DNA of 64,000 nucleotides from a virus. The notes under the pieces were generated by a model. The model made no database searches and was not told the origin of the DNA. It saw only the letters and a program-made list of their open reading frames with translations. The DNA is taken from IMG/VR virus record IMGVR_UViG_3300042374_000295, positions 4,394 through 68,393 of that record; one strand, written 5' to 3'. Numbering within the stretch: the stretch's first letter is position 1; every line of letters begins with the position of its first letter. Positions 34,727 through 46,500 of this stretch are shown here, one piece after another. Both the position numbers and the translations under genes were made by a program.

Positions 34727-35091
34727 ATGGTATCGGGTATTATGCAGTAAGGCGAGTCGGGAAACTTGTCGCAAAAGGTTTTCAAGTATAAACTTTCATC
34801 CCCTGAAAAGGTATGCACTCCGCAAGGATTAGGGTAAACTTCAAAAGGTTTAAACTCAATCGGTGGTTCGGTGTAGAATAGAATATCAACCGCCCATTTG
34901 TCGGATTGCTTAGTGCAAACGGGTTTGTCATCCACTTGCCCCCACTCTAAACAAATAAAGCCAATTTCAACTACTGCACAATCTTTGTAAGTTGTTATAT
35001 CGCCTTCAGGTGTAGTGCTTGTTTGCTCTATTAGTTTTTTAAGGTTTGCCCATTCGCTTGGCAAAAACTCATATTTTAAAAAGGTATTCAT
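34723..35091 (-). CDS. Hypothetical protein coupled to the fibre gene
   Basis: KYEF...W...AVVEIG...WAVDIL...P.P.GVHTF.G; follows the lectin-like fibre. Confidence 0.6.
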   Translation of the reverse strand: MNTFLKYEFLPSEWANLKKLIEQTSTTPEGDITTYKDCAVVEIGFICLEWGQVDDKPVCTKQSDKWAVDILFYTEPPIEFKPFEVYPNPCGVHTFSGDESLYLKTFCDKFPDSPYCIIPDTI

Positions 35092-36854
35092 TATAATGTA
35101 GTGATTAAAGCCAATTCTGAATTTGTTAATCTTGTAGGAAATAAAATGGCTTGGTTTATTTGAATTAAACTTAAAATATAAGAAGCATTATTCGCTGAAT
35201 CAAAATCTACTCTTGATAAAGTAGTTCCACTAAATGTAGTTCCCGAAACATCCGTACCCACCAAAGAGCCATTAACATACATTGCAAAATCATTTGTTTT
35301 ATACGCAAATGCTAATTTATATCTTTGCCCTACTACGCCTCCAGTATATGTTATTTCCGCTTGTGTCGAACCATTATACAACCATCCCCTAATATTACCA
35401 TTTGATAAAATTCTTATTGTAATAAATTGACTTCCTGACCCATTATTTACACTTAATGCTGTGCCGTTATCTTGAAAACCATTGCAAACAAAATCAGTAA
35501 AAAGCACTCCTTCCGTTTGCCCTATCAAACTACTTATACCCGTCTTGCTACAAGCATCAGCTATTCTTGTTGCACTTGCAGATGTTGTTGGGATGTAAGA
35601 TGAAGCGTAAGTCCCTGCTTCGAGTTGTGCGCCCCATAAATAAATACCCGATGTTCCATTTCCTAAGAATGAAGAAACTCCATCTGTTTGAGCAACACCA
35701 AAACCGATACCAAAATTAGCAGTAACCGATGTTGCTGTTACAGAACATTTATACCATCCATTGCCGTAAGAAGTTATAGTTGCAGTTCTTCCTACTCCAA
35801 TACTTGTTATAGTTCCATTATTTAAATCAAAAAAAGTTTCAACAGTTGTCCCTGATATTGACTCTCTATAATAAAAGAAATTATATTCTCCTTTTTTAGC
35901 AAAAATAGATAGTGTATTTGATGTTAAAGCAACACCCGTAAAAACACTTATATTTATTCTATGTAAATTTGTAGTTGCATCTGCTATTAATTTATCAGCA
36001 TTTACAGTCCCATCAGGACTAGTTAAAGAATTTGCTGTTATTGTAGAATTTAATTTAGGCCAATAAGCATTATCAAACTGCTCACTATACAAAGCCAAAT
36101 TAGTTCTCTGAGGCTCTAAAAGTAAACTTGGACATCCACCACCACCATTTTGATAAGTTAGTCTTGGTACATTTAATCGGTCAGTAGTGGGGAAATAAGG
36201 TTTAGCAGTTGAGCCAGTGTCTAATTGTGCGCCCCAAATAAATATACCACTACCTATTGTCCCAGTATATGTTTCAACATTGTTATTTGTACAAGGCATA
36301 ACTGAATAAAAAGAAGAGGCAGATAAATTACTTGTATTGTTAATTATACAACGATACCACCCATTGCCCACATTTTCAATGCTTGGAGTTCCAGTTGTAT
36401 TATTTGTTCCAATAGTACCATTTGCTAAATTAAACCAAACACTTTGATTCCCCCCGTGAATTGCGTTTACTTTTATCCAATCTCTTTCTCCTTTTTTTGC
36501 ATAAATTGAATGAGAATATTTAAATCCAGTTGTTATTCCTTTATAGACACCATAAGTCACTAAAGTACCATTTTCCACAATTTTAGAACCAGTTGTTGTT
36601 CCGTTAGGTGCTACAGTAGTATTTGCAGTAATTGTAACTCCTGAATATATCCAAGAAGCAGCTGTAAATTCACTAAAAGTTAACAAATTCCAAGGCGTAA
36701 CCTCCACCAAACCATCGCTATTAATTCTTGTTCCATCGGATGCCCTTGTAAATGACAAATCGCCACTTCCGTTGCTTGGGATAACCGAATAAACTGTGTC
36801 TTCCTTATATCCGCTTGGAATAAGAACCAAACTTGCTTGTTCTAATAGTGTCAT
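35091..36854 (-). CDS. Head/tail fibre protein with two CBM/ConA-like repeats
   Basis: FTRAS, two NL..SE.F....W...GNGWY.C...WGAQL units, PSLLLEPQRTN, SYIPT. Confidence 0.75.
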   Translation of the reverse strand: MTLLEQASLVLIPSGYKEDTVYSVIPSNGSGDLSFTRASDGTRINSDGLVEVTPWNLLTFSEFTAASWIYSGVTITANTTVAPNGTTTGSKIVENGTLVTYGVYKGITTGFKYSHSIYAKKGERDWIKVNAIHGGNQSVWFNLANGTIGTNNTTGTPSIENVGNGWYRCIINNTSNLSASSFYSVMPCTNNNVETYTGTIGSGIFIWGAQLDTGSTAKPYFPTTDRLNVPRLTYQNGGGGCPSLLLEPQRTNLALYSEQFDNAYWPKLNSTITANSLTSPDGTVNADKLIADATTNLHRINISVFTGVALTSNTLSIFAKKGEYNFFYYRESISGTTVETFFDLNNGTITSIGVGRTATITSYGNGWYKCSVTATSVTANFGIGFGVAQTDGVSSFLGNGTSGIYLWGAQLEAGTYASSYIPTTSASATRIADACSKTGISSLIGQTEGVLFTDFVCNGFQDNGTALSVNNGSGSQFITIRILSNGNIRGWLYNGSTQAEITYTGGVVGQRYKLAFAYKTNDFAMYVNGSLVGTDVSGTTFSGTTLSRVDFDSANNASYILSLIQINQAILFPTRLTNSELALITTL

Positions 36855-37021
36855 GTTAGTGCCCTTAATTTATTTTTTAAACATTCAGCCCCTTCATAGT
36901 AGCCACCATCAGCAGTAACACGGGTAAGGTATGCCTGTGTAATAATACTTGCGTAGAAGAACAGGTTTCCTATCCCTACACCTAAGCCCAGCCCCAAGCC
37001 TCGATTTTGCGTCCGTGACAT
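36851..37021 (-). CDS. Small virion-associated protein (56 aa)
   Basis: Manual translation ...GLGLGLGVGIG...RVTADGGYYEG.ECL; coupled to both neighbours. Confidence 0.55.
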   Translation of the reverse strand: MSRTQNRGLGLGLGVGIGNLFFYASIITQAYLTRVTADGGYYEGAECLKNKLRALT

Positions 37022-37545
37022 TATATTGCACTGTATAGGATTGCGGTGCCGCTTGTTACCTTAATTGTGCTCCAGCTTCCGTAGACTGTGTCTCCCTGGA
37101 AGATTGCAGCTGAGAATGCTGAGATGTTGTTGGCGCTAACGCCTGATCCCAACTGAACGCTCACAGCTGTGTCTAGCTGGACGTTTGTTAGTGCGTGTAT
37201 TCCTGTAAACTTACCCGTGTAGGTAGTTCCAGCAATCGCGTTAACTGGCGTACCAGAGAACTTGTCAGGGGTTAACACAAGTCTTTCAACTAGGTCCGCC
37301 TTGATGCTGTTTGTGTATGTTCCGCTGTTAGACACGTCAAGTCCGTTGATGGACAGTAACGGTCCAACTGCACTTTTGCCCCAGTTGCTTGTAAACTTGA
37401 ATCCTTTGTTGCCTACGCTAAGCAAAACCCAATCAGCTCCGTAAGAGACTGTTGCGCCTGCCCAGTTTGCTATTATAGTGGGTTGAGTAGAGTTATCCCC
37501 TTGGATAATTAGTTCATTTGAGTACCCTTTAGTTATGCTTGCCAT
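37021..37545 (-). CDS. Probable virion structural protein
   Basis: Beta-rich, C-terminal G.TVYG.W..I..TSG; late-class promoter upstream. Confidence 0.55.
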   Translation of the reverse strand: MASITKGYSNELIIQGDNSTQPTIIANWAGATVSYGADWVLLSVGNKGFKFTSNWGKSAVGPLLSINGLDVSNSGTYTNSIKADLVERLVLTPDKFSGTPVNAIAGTTYTGKFTGIHALTNVQLDTAVSVQLGSGVSANNISAFSAAIFQGDTVYGSWSTIKVTSGTAILYSAI

Positions 37546-37565
37546 TGCCTTTTATTTAATTAAGG

Positions 37566-37596
37566 CAAATTTAGAGATTTATTTTTTATGTTGTTA
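37566..37596 (-). promoter_or_regulatory. Late-class promoter TAACAAC-N16-TAAATTTG
   Basis: Recurrent motif with fixed spacing. Confidence 0.7.
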
Positions 37597-37600
37597 GTTA

Positions 37601-39340
37601 TTATGCTAACTTCTGCAACTCTTCTGTGAGGAGCGCCCTGTCTTGGTCTAGCTTGCTCCATCCATTCTCGTACACCTCATCCATGGCATAACCCTTAGAG
37701 AAATGCTTGTGAACTATGGTGGCAGTTGGGTGGAAGTATGCAGCGTTCAGGTCGTTAGCCTTCCTCCACAATAAATTATCGACACCCACATGGTGGAATC
37801 TTGTGTCGAATATCTCCCCTCCAATTCTTTCTATGAAGTCCCTCTTGATCATGAAGTGGGTGCACTGATTTCCTCCGTCTGGAAGGATGTTGCCCTCATT
37901 GAATGCTACTAGTTCGTACCTTGACTGCACAGCCTTTATGAACGCGTCCTGGCTGAACTCAACGTCATCAGCAGCGTACACAATGTAGTAACCGTTTGTG
38001 TCAGCTACACCCTTTGCAACCTTAACTGGAACCGTGTCGCTACCCTCAACTATCTTAATGTCTATTAGCTCCTGTGGATAGTTTTGCGTTTCAATAGATT
38101 TGATACACCTGTCCAATCCTTCAGCCCTTGTACCATCAACGTGAGGTATGATTACTGATATTGTTGGTAGCTGTTTGTAGTACCTTAGGTGGTTTAGGTA
38201 TGTTGTGTTGTCCGGCCTGAAGTAGAGTGCGTGTGTGATGGATTGGTACGCCTGAGCAACGTCTCCTAGATATCCATATGCCAGGTACATTATTCTGTAT
38301 GGCTCATCCTCGTAGTGAGAGTTGTGGTTGGCGTAGTAGTTGTTCATCTTAACCTTCCTGGCCGCCTCTGCGAAGCATATAGCCGCCTGGTAGTTTTTTT
38401 TGCCTAAATAGAACTGTGCAAGTTTAATTAGCGCCTCGTTCCTTCCAGAGTCAATAGTGAACGCTTCTAAATAATAATAGGCGCATATCTCCTCTTCACC
38501 TAAATACTGGGCGCAGTCTGCTAAGTATATGTATGATTGAGCCTTTTCTGCCGGCCACCTGTCCATCTTGATGTGTCTGTGAAACTCCATGTACGCAGAC
38601 CTGAACCTGCTTGTCCACATCAACTCCCTTGCTAGGTAGTGTGAGTGCCTGTCGTTGTCTATGTCCATATAACAGTCATAGGCTAGACCTATGATGTACC
38701 TTCCCCTCGTCTCCTTGCCTGGCTCCTGCCAGTGCTCTAGTTTGACAACATCTTCGGACATTGTAACTGTCTTCACGTCTACGTCACCTATCTTTTGTAG
38801 TACCTCGTGTATGATTCCCTTCCAAGTTAATTTAGTTCTGTTAAACGCTTTTGACTGCTTGAACCGCATAGACGGAGTGCCATCTGGGTTGTGTGCATAA
38901 ATGAACATATACTCCAGCTGGCCTGCACCCTCTGAAATGGCTTTGTCAATCTCGTCTATGTTAAAAATAGTGTACGCCTCGTCACAGTCTAGGCTTATAA
39001 TAAAGTCATTGGACGCGTAACTTGTGGCAAGGTTTCTTGCAAAAGAAAAGTCAAATATGCTTTCCCCGTTAGAGTCCATGATGGGCGCGTCTGACTTGTG
39101 GACAAACTTTTCATTTATCTTGTCACACGTCTCAGGAGGTACAGGTATCATTGCATTTATGTCAACAACCCTGCACCCAAAAGACAATGCAATTTCTTTG
39201 GTCTTGTCTGTAGATCCTGTGTCTCCTACAATAATCTCTCCCCCTCTGTCTATAAACTCTTTTAGTGAATCTAGGCAGATGGGGAGTGTGTTCTCCTCGT
39301 TCTTTGCGATTAATACAATGCTAAATAATGGCTTACTCAT
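37601..39340 (-). CDS. Glycosyltransferase GT2 + TPR + second GT2 domain
   Basis: SIVLIAKNEE..L..CL, DTGSTD, DFSFARN, LDCDE, IHE; TPR helices; second ISVIIP...YAADD domain. Confidence 0.85.
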   Translation of the reverse strand: MSKPLFSIVLIAKNEENTLPICLDSLKEFIDRGGEIIVGDTGSTDKTKEIALSFGCRVVDINAMIPVPPETCDKINEKFVHKSDAPIMDSNGESIFDFSFARNLATSYASNDFIISLDCDEAYTIFNIDEIDKAISEGAGQLEYMFIYAHNPDGTPSMRFKQSKAFNRTKLTWKGIIHEVLQKIGDVDVKTVTMSEDVVKLEHWQEPGKETRGRYIIGLAYDCYMDIDNDRHSHYLARELMWTSRFRSAYMEFHRHIKMDRWPAEKAQSYIYLADCAQYLGEEEICAYYYLEAFTIDSGRNEALIKLAQFYLGKKNYQAAICFAEAARKVKMNNYYANHNSHYEDEPYRIMYLAYGYLGDVAQAYQSITHALYFRPDNTTYLNHLRYYKQLPTISVIIPHVDGTRAEGLDRCIKSIETQNYPQELIDIKIVEGSDTVPVKVAKGVADTNGYYIVYAADDVEFSQDAFIKAVQSRYELVAFNEGNILPDGGNQCTHFMIKRDFIERIGGEIFDTRFHHVGVDNLLWRKANDLNAAYFHPTATIVHKHFSKGYAMDEVYENGWSKLDQDRALLTEELQKLA

Positions 39341-39344
39341 ACCA

Positions 39345-39375
39345 CAAAGATATGAGTAATTATTTACTATGCAAA
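39345..39375 (-). promoter_or_regulatory. Promoter TTTG(CATAGTAA)-N19-TATCTTTG
   Basis: Consensus match, 4 nt before the GT ATG. Confidence 0.7.
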
Positions 39376-39381
39376 TTATTA

Positions 39382-39735
39382 TTACGCCTGTGTGGTGGTT
39401 ATGATCTCTATGTTGGTAGGCCCGTACACCTTGCCTAGCTCTTCAGCTACTGCACCAATCAATAAAGTTTCTGCGGTTTCTGTTTGGTAAGCCTCAAGGG
39501 ACAGTTCTAGCGAAGTAAGTGTGGTTGGGAAGTCTGCAATGCCCATGATAGGGGCCTTGCCTTCTGCCATAGCCTCTATGGACGCATAGACAAATACTGC
39601 TATTTGTGATGGTATGCCTGCCTCGGTGGTGTTTTTAACGTCTGCATAACCCTCTGCGATGATTACTGCTGAACCACTTGGAATTTGGATTCCACTGGTT
39701 AAATTTACTTCTGTGTTTATTTTTATATATTTCAT
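39382..39735 (-). CDS. Hypothetical protein downstream of the tail fibre (possible chaperone)
   Basis: Position only. Confidence 0.5.
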   Translation of the reverse strand: MKYIKINTEVNLTSGIQIPSGSAVIIAEGYADVKNTTEAGIPSQIAVFVYASIEAMAEGKAPIMGIADFPTTLTSLELSLEAYQTETAETLLIGAVAEELGKVYGPTNIEIITTTQA

Positions 39736-39748
39736 ATTATTATTTATT

Positions 39749-42700
39749 TTACATTGGACTATGGTTTATTTTTACCCAAGCACCTGCTTGGTATACACAC
39801 AGATGGTCTATAGTAGTATTGTACACCATTAATCCATTAGGTGGTGTTACTATTGCTAAAACTTGTGCATTGGTCATTCTTGGTGGCAAAAAACCTTGTG
39901 TAGTTGATTCTACCGTTAACTTAGAACTTGCAATATCTGATGTAGCTCCTATTACTACATTCCCTGTTTTTCTTTTAATAAATAAAGGAGTGCTTGTCAA
40001 AGAGCCTGCATCACTGTAAGCTCGTATTGCAAAATCACTTCCTTCATCAAGGCCACTTTCAGCAGTGTTATTGACATATAACCCAAACCTTTGCAATCCA
40101 TTTGAACGATAAGTAATAATTTTACTTTGTCCTGCATCACCATCCATTAGCATACGAGTGGTACTTGCGGCTGATTTTAAATGCAAAATGCCTAAAGGAG
40201 CATTCGTACCAATACCTAGCCTATTATTAGTATCGTCCCAAAAAAGATTTGCAGCATCTGAAGCAAATGCGGTTCCATCAGAAAACTGAATAGCACCTGC
40301 CACACCACTTGCAGATGCTCCACCTACAGCTGTCCACGCAGTGCCATTGTACTGATAGAATAATAATAAAGTAGTATCGTACACTATCAAACCTGTTGCT
40401 GGTGTTACAATTGCATTTCTTTGTGTGGTGGTCATTCTTGGTGGAAGGAAGCCACGAGTTGTACTATCAATTTGTAATTGAGATGATGAATTTACTGTTT
40501 GAGAATTGATATAAGTTTGCCCTTCATTATTGACTACAAACATTGAGGTATGTGTACCACTTACATCTGTTGCTGAATTAATACCAGCATCAATTAATAA
40601 TTTTACACCTATTGGGGATAAAGATTGTTGGTATGGGCTTATCCATAACTGCCTAAAACCACCAGCATTACCTGCCGTTTGATTAACAGTTGATGCTATT
40701 AATACAGATGCACCTATCCTATCACCATTACCTATTGTTCCTAAAAAACCATAACCCGAAGCAACAGTACCACTTGCTGCTGTGATTGTTGAGTTAAATA
40801 GTATTTTACCACTTCTCGGATTTATAGCACCTAATAATGAAACTGAATTGCCAAAAGCAGATAAAGACATAGAACCTCCAGATGCATAAGTGCCTCCAGT
40901 TTCTAAAGCTATGTTGTAAACACCTCCATTAAAAAAATGTCTTGCTCTTAAGAAATTAATTTGGCTATCTGTTCTAAATAAAGCAATACCATTAACAGAA
41001 TCTAAACTACCCAAAGTTATAGGATTCGTAGCGGTATTAGTACCTATATTAGCACCAAAAATAGTATTACCATCATCTGCTACTTTTAATAAATCCGTAC
41101 CAGCACCATTTTGAACTAATAAAGATGTAGTAGCTGATGTAGTACCACTACCTTTTACTTGTAGTTTTGCGTTTGGAGTTGTTGTTCCTATACCTAAAGC
41201 GCCTGACGTTATATAAGAATCTCCATTCCCTTGTATTAAATTTTTAATAGCACCGCTTCCATCATAAAAAAGTATTCTTGAAGAACTTGATGCACCGCCT
41301 TGGTCAATCGAACAAGCCCCCGCATTTCCAATTCCACTTGGGGAAAAATGAGAACTTCCCGCTATAACAAGCCTATGACCACCTATTCCGCCCGTTTCAA
41401 CGCCAACTAAAAACCTTGCAGTTGCTCCCGATATTCTTGTAGTTCCCCCATTCTCAACTTGTAAAAGCATTCTTGCAACGTCCGATTCAACCCTTAATGC
41501 TAAATCTGTATTTAATGAACTAATTCCTTTTATGTGTAAACTTCCCGTAGGCGTTGCAGTCCCTATACCTACGTTACCATTACCTAAAACAGACAGTCTA
41601 TCACCCCCAACTAATGTATAGGTCAACGCTGATGCTGTTGTAGAAAATGCTACAGTTACAGTTAAGCTTGTGTTACTAGCAATAGTAGCAATAGTTCTAA
41701 CTGTCTCCCCTGACACTGTTATCGTGTCGCCTACCTTAAATGTGTTTATAAAGGTAGTACTTGTTCCTGTAAGGGTTATTGTTCCGTTTGTGGCAACTGT
41801 TCCTGTGCCTGCTGTTCCTTGAGATACTTGTAAAGTAGTTGTTGGAGCTGTTGTGCCGATACCCACGTTGCCTAATGAGGTAATACGCATTCTTTCTATT
41901 CCATTAGTACAAATTCCTGTATTACCACCTGAAGGAAAATACAAACCATTACCCCCACCTTGACCAGCACCTTGATATGCTACATCGTTTGGAGAACTTG
42001 GCTGTGCTGCTCTAAATGTAGATGCTGCCATTGAAGCATTTATAACCATATTACCATTACCATCTATGTAACATTTATCTACACCCGCACTTCGCCAAGT
42101 TTGTATTCTTTGAACATATGAACCATTCCATCCACTCTGATTATTTACTATTAATGGTGCTGTATTTGTAGCAAAATTTCCAAATATTACTGTGCTACCA
42201 TCATCAGTAGTAGTAATTGAATTATTTCCACTGCTATTCTGAACCAACAAAGATGTTGTAGCTGATGTAGCTCCACTTCCTTTAACGTGTAGTCTTGCAC
42301 TTGGTGTTGTTGTTCCTATACCTACACTTCCGCTTGTATTAATATGTAACCAAGTCCTTCCTCCATTAAATGTTTGTATAGCGAAAGGTTTTACACTATC
42401 ATAACTTCTACCGTTTCCTGTGTAAATTGCATTTGTGCCACCTGAGTTTAAATCAAAACCTGAACTTTGCCCACCTGCTGTAACACCAGAAAAAAATCCT
42501 TGTCCTGCTACAACTGCTCCTTCGCCCATCCAGCTTGCTAATCCAAACCCAACGCCAACAGACAATCTTTTTAAAAACCCATCCCCTGTACCATTAACGC
42601 TCATTAGTAAAGTATCAGCACTATTTCTAACTCTAAAAGCTATATCAGAAAATAATGCCCCTTGTGATTTTACATCAAGACTTGCTGATGGTACATTAGT

Positions 42701-43492
42701 CCCTACACCTAATCTCTTATTAGTGTTATCCCAAAAGAAATTACTTGCATCTGATGAAAATGCAGAACCATCAGAAAATTGAATAGCACCACTTATCCCA
42801 CTTGGTGATACAGCAGGCCCAGTCGGACCAGTTGGACCTTGAATGCCTTGGGGGCCAGTGTAGCCAGTCGGTCCAGTTGGGCCAGGGACTGTTGACACAG
42901 GACCTGTGTAGCCTGTAGGGCCAGTTGGGCCAGTATAACCTGTTGGGCCTGTAACGGTAGACGCGGCACCTACTGGACCTGTATATCCAGTCGGGCCAGT
43001 TGGACCTATTGGTCCTCCGCTTGGACCTGTCCAGCCAGTCGGTCCAGTTGGGCCAGGAACCGTTGATACAGGGCCTGTGTAGCCTGTAGGTCCTGTTGGG
43101 CCTTGAGCCCCAGGGGATCCTACGGTCATAAACTGACCAGATGCATCGTATCTAGCCATACCATTACCACTGTATATCAATGACTCCCCAATGTCTAGCA
43201 GGATTGCGGTTGATATAATTGACAGTGGTGTGGTTCCTGCCACCTTTGCTAGTTGTACATTGTTAGCAGCCACACCGTTATTAACTATTGTAACGTCTGT
43301 TACGTTTATGAACGCGGTTGGTGTGTCGTTTATAACAATGTCGGTGTTGCCTGCGGTTATAATAGTCCCCACAGTAGAGTTGTTGTATGTCTCCCCCCTG
43401 AACACATAGTTGTATACCACCGTGTAGTTTATAGGTTCTGTGTTTGATGTTGTTATCCGTAAGGACTCAATTGGTGCGTTTAGTCTAATCAT
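39749..43492 (-). CDS. Tail fibre with collagen-like G-X-T repeats and repeated [10 protein letters not shown] modules
   Basis: [11 protein letters not shown] tract; multiple VGIGTTxP; two [12 protein letters not shown]; two [17 protein letters not shown]. Confidence 0.85.
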   Translation of the reverse strand: MIRLNAPIESLRITTSNTEPINYTVVYNYVFRGETYNNSTVGTIITAGNTDIVINDTPTAFINVTDVTIVNNGVAANNVQLAKVAGTTPLSIISTAILLDIGESLIYSGNGMARYDASGQFMTVGSPGAQGPTGPTGYTGPVSTVPGPTGPTGWTGPSGGPIGPTGPTGYTGPVGAASTVTGPTGYTGPTGPTGYTGPVSTVPGPTGPTGYTGPQGIQGPTGPTGPAVSPSGISGAIQFSDGSAFSSDASNFFWDNTNKRLGVGTNVPSASLDVKSQGALFSDIAFRVRNSADTLLMSVNGTGDGFLKRLSVGVGFGLASWMGEGAVVAGQGFFSGVTAGGQSSGFDLNSGGTNAIYTGNGRSYDSVKPFAIQTFNGGRTWLHINTSGSVGIGTTTPSARLHVKGSGATSATTSLLVQNSSGNNSITTTDDGSTVIFGNFATNTAPLIVNNQSGWNGSYVQRIQTWRSAGVDKCYIDGNGNMVINASMAASTFRAAQPSSPNDVAYQGAGQGGGNGLYFPSGGNTGICTNGIERMRITSLGNVGIGTTAPTTTLQVSQGTAGTGTVATNGTITLTGTSTTFINTFKVGDTITVSGETVRTIATIASNTSLTVTVAFSTTASALTYTLVGGDRLSVLGNGNVGIGTATPTGSLHIKGISSLNTDLALRVESDVARMLLQVENGGTTRISGATARFLVGVETGGIGGHRLVIAGSSHFSPSGIGNAGACSIDQGGASSSSRILFYDGSGAIKNLIQGNGDSYITSGALGIGTTTPNAKLQVKGSGTTSATTSLLVQNGAGTDLLKVADDGNTIFGANIGTNTATNPITLGSLDSVNGIALFRTDSQINFLRARHFFNGGVYNIALETGGTYASGGSMSLSAFGNSVSLLGAINPRSGKILFNSTITAASGTVASGYGFLGTIGNGDRIGASVLIASTVNQTAGNAGGFRQLWISPYQQSLSPIGVKLLIDAGINSATDVSGTHTSMFVVNNEGQTYINSQTVNSSSQLQIDSTTRGFLPPRMTTTQRNAIVTPATGLIVYDTTLLLFYQYNGTAWTAVGGASASGVAGAIQFSDGTAFASDAANLFWDDTNNRLGIGTNAPLGILHLKSAASTTRMLMDGDAGQSKIITYRSNGLQRFGLYVNNTAESGLDEGSDFAIRAYSDAGSLTSTPLFIKRKTGNVVIGATSDIASSKLTVESTTQGFLPPRMTNAQVLAIVTPPNGLMVYNTTIDHLCVYQAGAWVKINHSPM

Positions 43493-43503
43493 TTTTTAAT
43501 ATT

Positions 43504-46500
43504 TTATTTGCCTGCCCCTGCTTCCATTGACTTGCCTGATCCAGGTTCGTTTCCTGCTCCTTTACTAGATCCAGCTTCCATTGACTTGCCTGATCCAGGT
43601 TCTGTTCCACTGCCTTTTTCTTCAGCTTCTTTTTTCTTTTTCTTATCCTCTTGAACCTGTACTCCATAACCTATAAATGCCAAGAAGTCTAAGAACGCTT
43701 GAACTTCCAAAGGCTGCTCTTCGTTTAACTCAATTATAGTGTCCCAAAATATAGGGTATGTACTCCCAAGTAATTCACCTTCTAGTGAGTAAGGTTGTCC
43801 AAACTTATCTGTTTTAATATACTCGCCACTCTCCTTTTTTTGATGAATGTCAAGGTAGTTGACTACTAGCGCAGATGATGGAGCTAGTTTGTTTCTAACC
43901 ATATTGATAAGTAGTTCCCACTTAGTTGATGTTTTATTAGAAACACCTAACGGAACGTCTTCTCCACTTGCTTTCTTAATTGTTCCGTACCACAGCCTAG
44001 AAAAGAATGTAATGTACTGGGTTGATCCACCCCAAGGATCAACTATTATGTTACCAAACTTCATCTTCAAGAAGTTACTGCTTGTAGGATCAAACTCTAT
44101 TGTTAGTTGGTCCTTATCATCATCGTCGTCGTGCAGTGCGTCCCACGCTAGTTTAGTGAACGCCATCATTCCCCCAGTAGAAGCTATCCACTTCATCATA
44201 TCGCCTACATACATCTTTTGAGCAACAGATGGTCTAAATGTTCCCTTGTCACCTTTTTTAGCTAACCAAATAAACATATATGGTGTTGATGTCTTTATCT
44301 GAGCTGCCCACATTCTTGGTGAGAAAAATATTGTTGATAGCGCAGGGGCTAACTGTTCTGCTGGGCCTAGTGAAGCTCTTCCTGTCAATGTATTAATAAC
44401 ATCAGCCATGTTCTTGTAGGCGTCTGGGTGCGTCTCTATTGTCTTCCCTTGGGCTTTTAACATCTCACGACCTTGCAAGAATCTTTCTAACCTCATCTGG
44501 TTCATAAACACTGTACCTGCCCTCTCGACAAATCTTGTTGGATTGGCAGCTTTCCACGCGTTCCATGCCTTTGGACTAGCCAACTTTAATGGATACCCTA
44601 TGTAGTCCCAAATGTGAGAAACCCATGAGCTTATAAATGCTTCCTCTCTTACAGATAGTTTTATGTTGTTTTCTGTAATAGCAAGCTTTGATGCCTTTAA
44701 CTCTGGATAAAAGTCCTGTATTTTTAAATTCCTTTCCCAGTCTTCAGTTCTTTCCTGACTAAACATATGGGTGAACATTGTCTTAAATGCTTTTGCTGCG
44801 TTTAAAGGATGAGCCATTACCTGCTTACCCATTTGAATCATTATAAATGAAAATTCACCAGTTGCCCTTAACGCACGGGTTAGTCCCCATGTCTCTGCCA
44901 GTATATCAAAAAACTTCCGCAAACCACTTCTGTTAGCTAGTTCGTTCTTGTATTGTAGTGTATCAAACTCTTCTTGTACTTTTAATTTCTCATTTCTTAA
45001 TGCCAATAACTCTTGGTCTGCTACAATTGGAGCCTTGTTAACCTTCTTAGAGAAGTCCTTTCTGTTAATCCTATCCTGCAGCTCGGCAATCCTTCTGTTA
45101 GCAGCTGCTTTGGCTGACTTAACTCTTTGCTCCTCTGTTATCCCAGCGGCATCTCTAAGAGTTTTTATCATGTCTCTGTAGCCCTTCATTGCCTCCCTTA
45201 AGGACTCAAGCTTAGGACTTGTTACCTTGTCTGGCTTAGATATTCCTATGTCCCCTCTAGATATTCTATTCTTAATGTCTTCAATGGCTCTCTCTAATGC
45301 ATTCTCTGTCCTATCAATCTTCCTGGCCATGTCTCCAACTGGATCGGCAAATAACTCGTCTCTAATAGCCTTAATTTTATCTCTTTCAGCCACTAACTCA
45401 TTTGCCTCCTGGTCGTAATCAACACCTTTAGATTTAGCCGCCCTTATGCCAGAGTCAATCTCATCATTTAAGTCGTTTATTTGATTCTTAAGTCTAGCCT
45501 TTACTGCATCTAGAGCTGTTTTTAGTTGATTATTTTCTGCGTCTGTGTCTACTGGAAGTTCGGCCAAGGCAGCCTTAAGTTCTTTCATTAACTTACGCTC
45601 CTCCACCTCTATTGCGTCACGTTGAGCTCCACTCTTCAGCGGCCTCTTCTTCTCTGCAATATCCTCCATGGCAGATGTAATACGACCTATGCGCTTCATC
45701 TTGCGTATCTCAGCCTCTATAGCCTCTGGGTTAGGATTTACTACCTGCCCGTACTTTGTTACAGCGTCTCTGATCTGTCTGTCTGTGATTTCTGGATACT
45801 CCTCAACCATGTCCTCCTTGATGGCCTTGGTAAGCTCATCGATGTCGGTTGCACCGTCCTTTACATACTTTCTTATAAGAGAGTGAGGTATTTTTATAAC
45901 GCCGTCAACAACCGATATCTCAGGTTCTTTCTTGGTTGACTTTTTAATATGGTCCGCAAACGCAGCATCGGCTGATGCCTTGTCTTGAGAGTTTAGCTTC
46001 TTATACCAGTCCGTGTTAGATATGTAGTTTAGCCCCTTAACAATTGCCTCAGCAGCTGTTCCAGACGCCTCTACGGTCTTTGCCGCTACTTCTAGTGCAC
46101 CGTTCCATGCTAGGGCCCCAGGAGTCTGTGACATGAATATGCCCGGCCTAGTGGTCTTACCACTTCTAATCTTGTCGGCTATTACCTTTGTCTTCTCCTT
46201 TATTGTTGCCTCCGGCTTCTTCTTAGTCTCTCTTTCTATAGACTCCTGTATGTCTCCTATGGCCGCTTGAGCTTTAATCTTCTCAGCCTGCTTCTCAGAC
46301 TGCTTAATCTTCTTGTCAGCCGCGTCAAGCTGTTCCTTTAGGTCCTTAATCTTTTGCTCAACCTCAGGCGGTATAACGCCGTCCTTATTGTTGTCTTTAT
46401 ATTTCTGTACCTGGCGTTCAACTTGGTAGTTAAAGTCAGATCCTTGGTACACCTCTCTCAATGCTGAGATAAATCTACCCTTCTCTCTTGCCCTTTGGTC

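Noticed and set aside
39749-43492. Diversity-generating retroelement or shufflon acting on the fibre
   Set aside because: No reverse transcriptase, no TR/VR pair with adenine-specific mismatches and no recombinase in the window
43520-43602. CRISPR-like repeat-spacer-repeat (29-bp repeats)
   Set aside because: Only two copies, in frame within a coding C-terminus, and no cas genes
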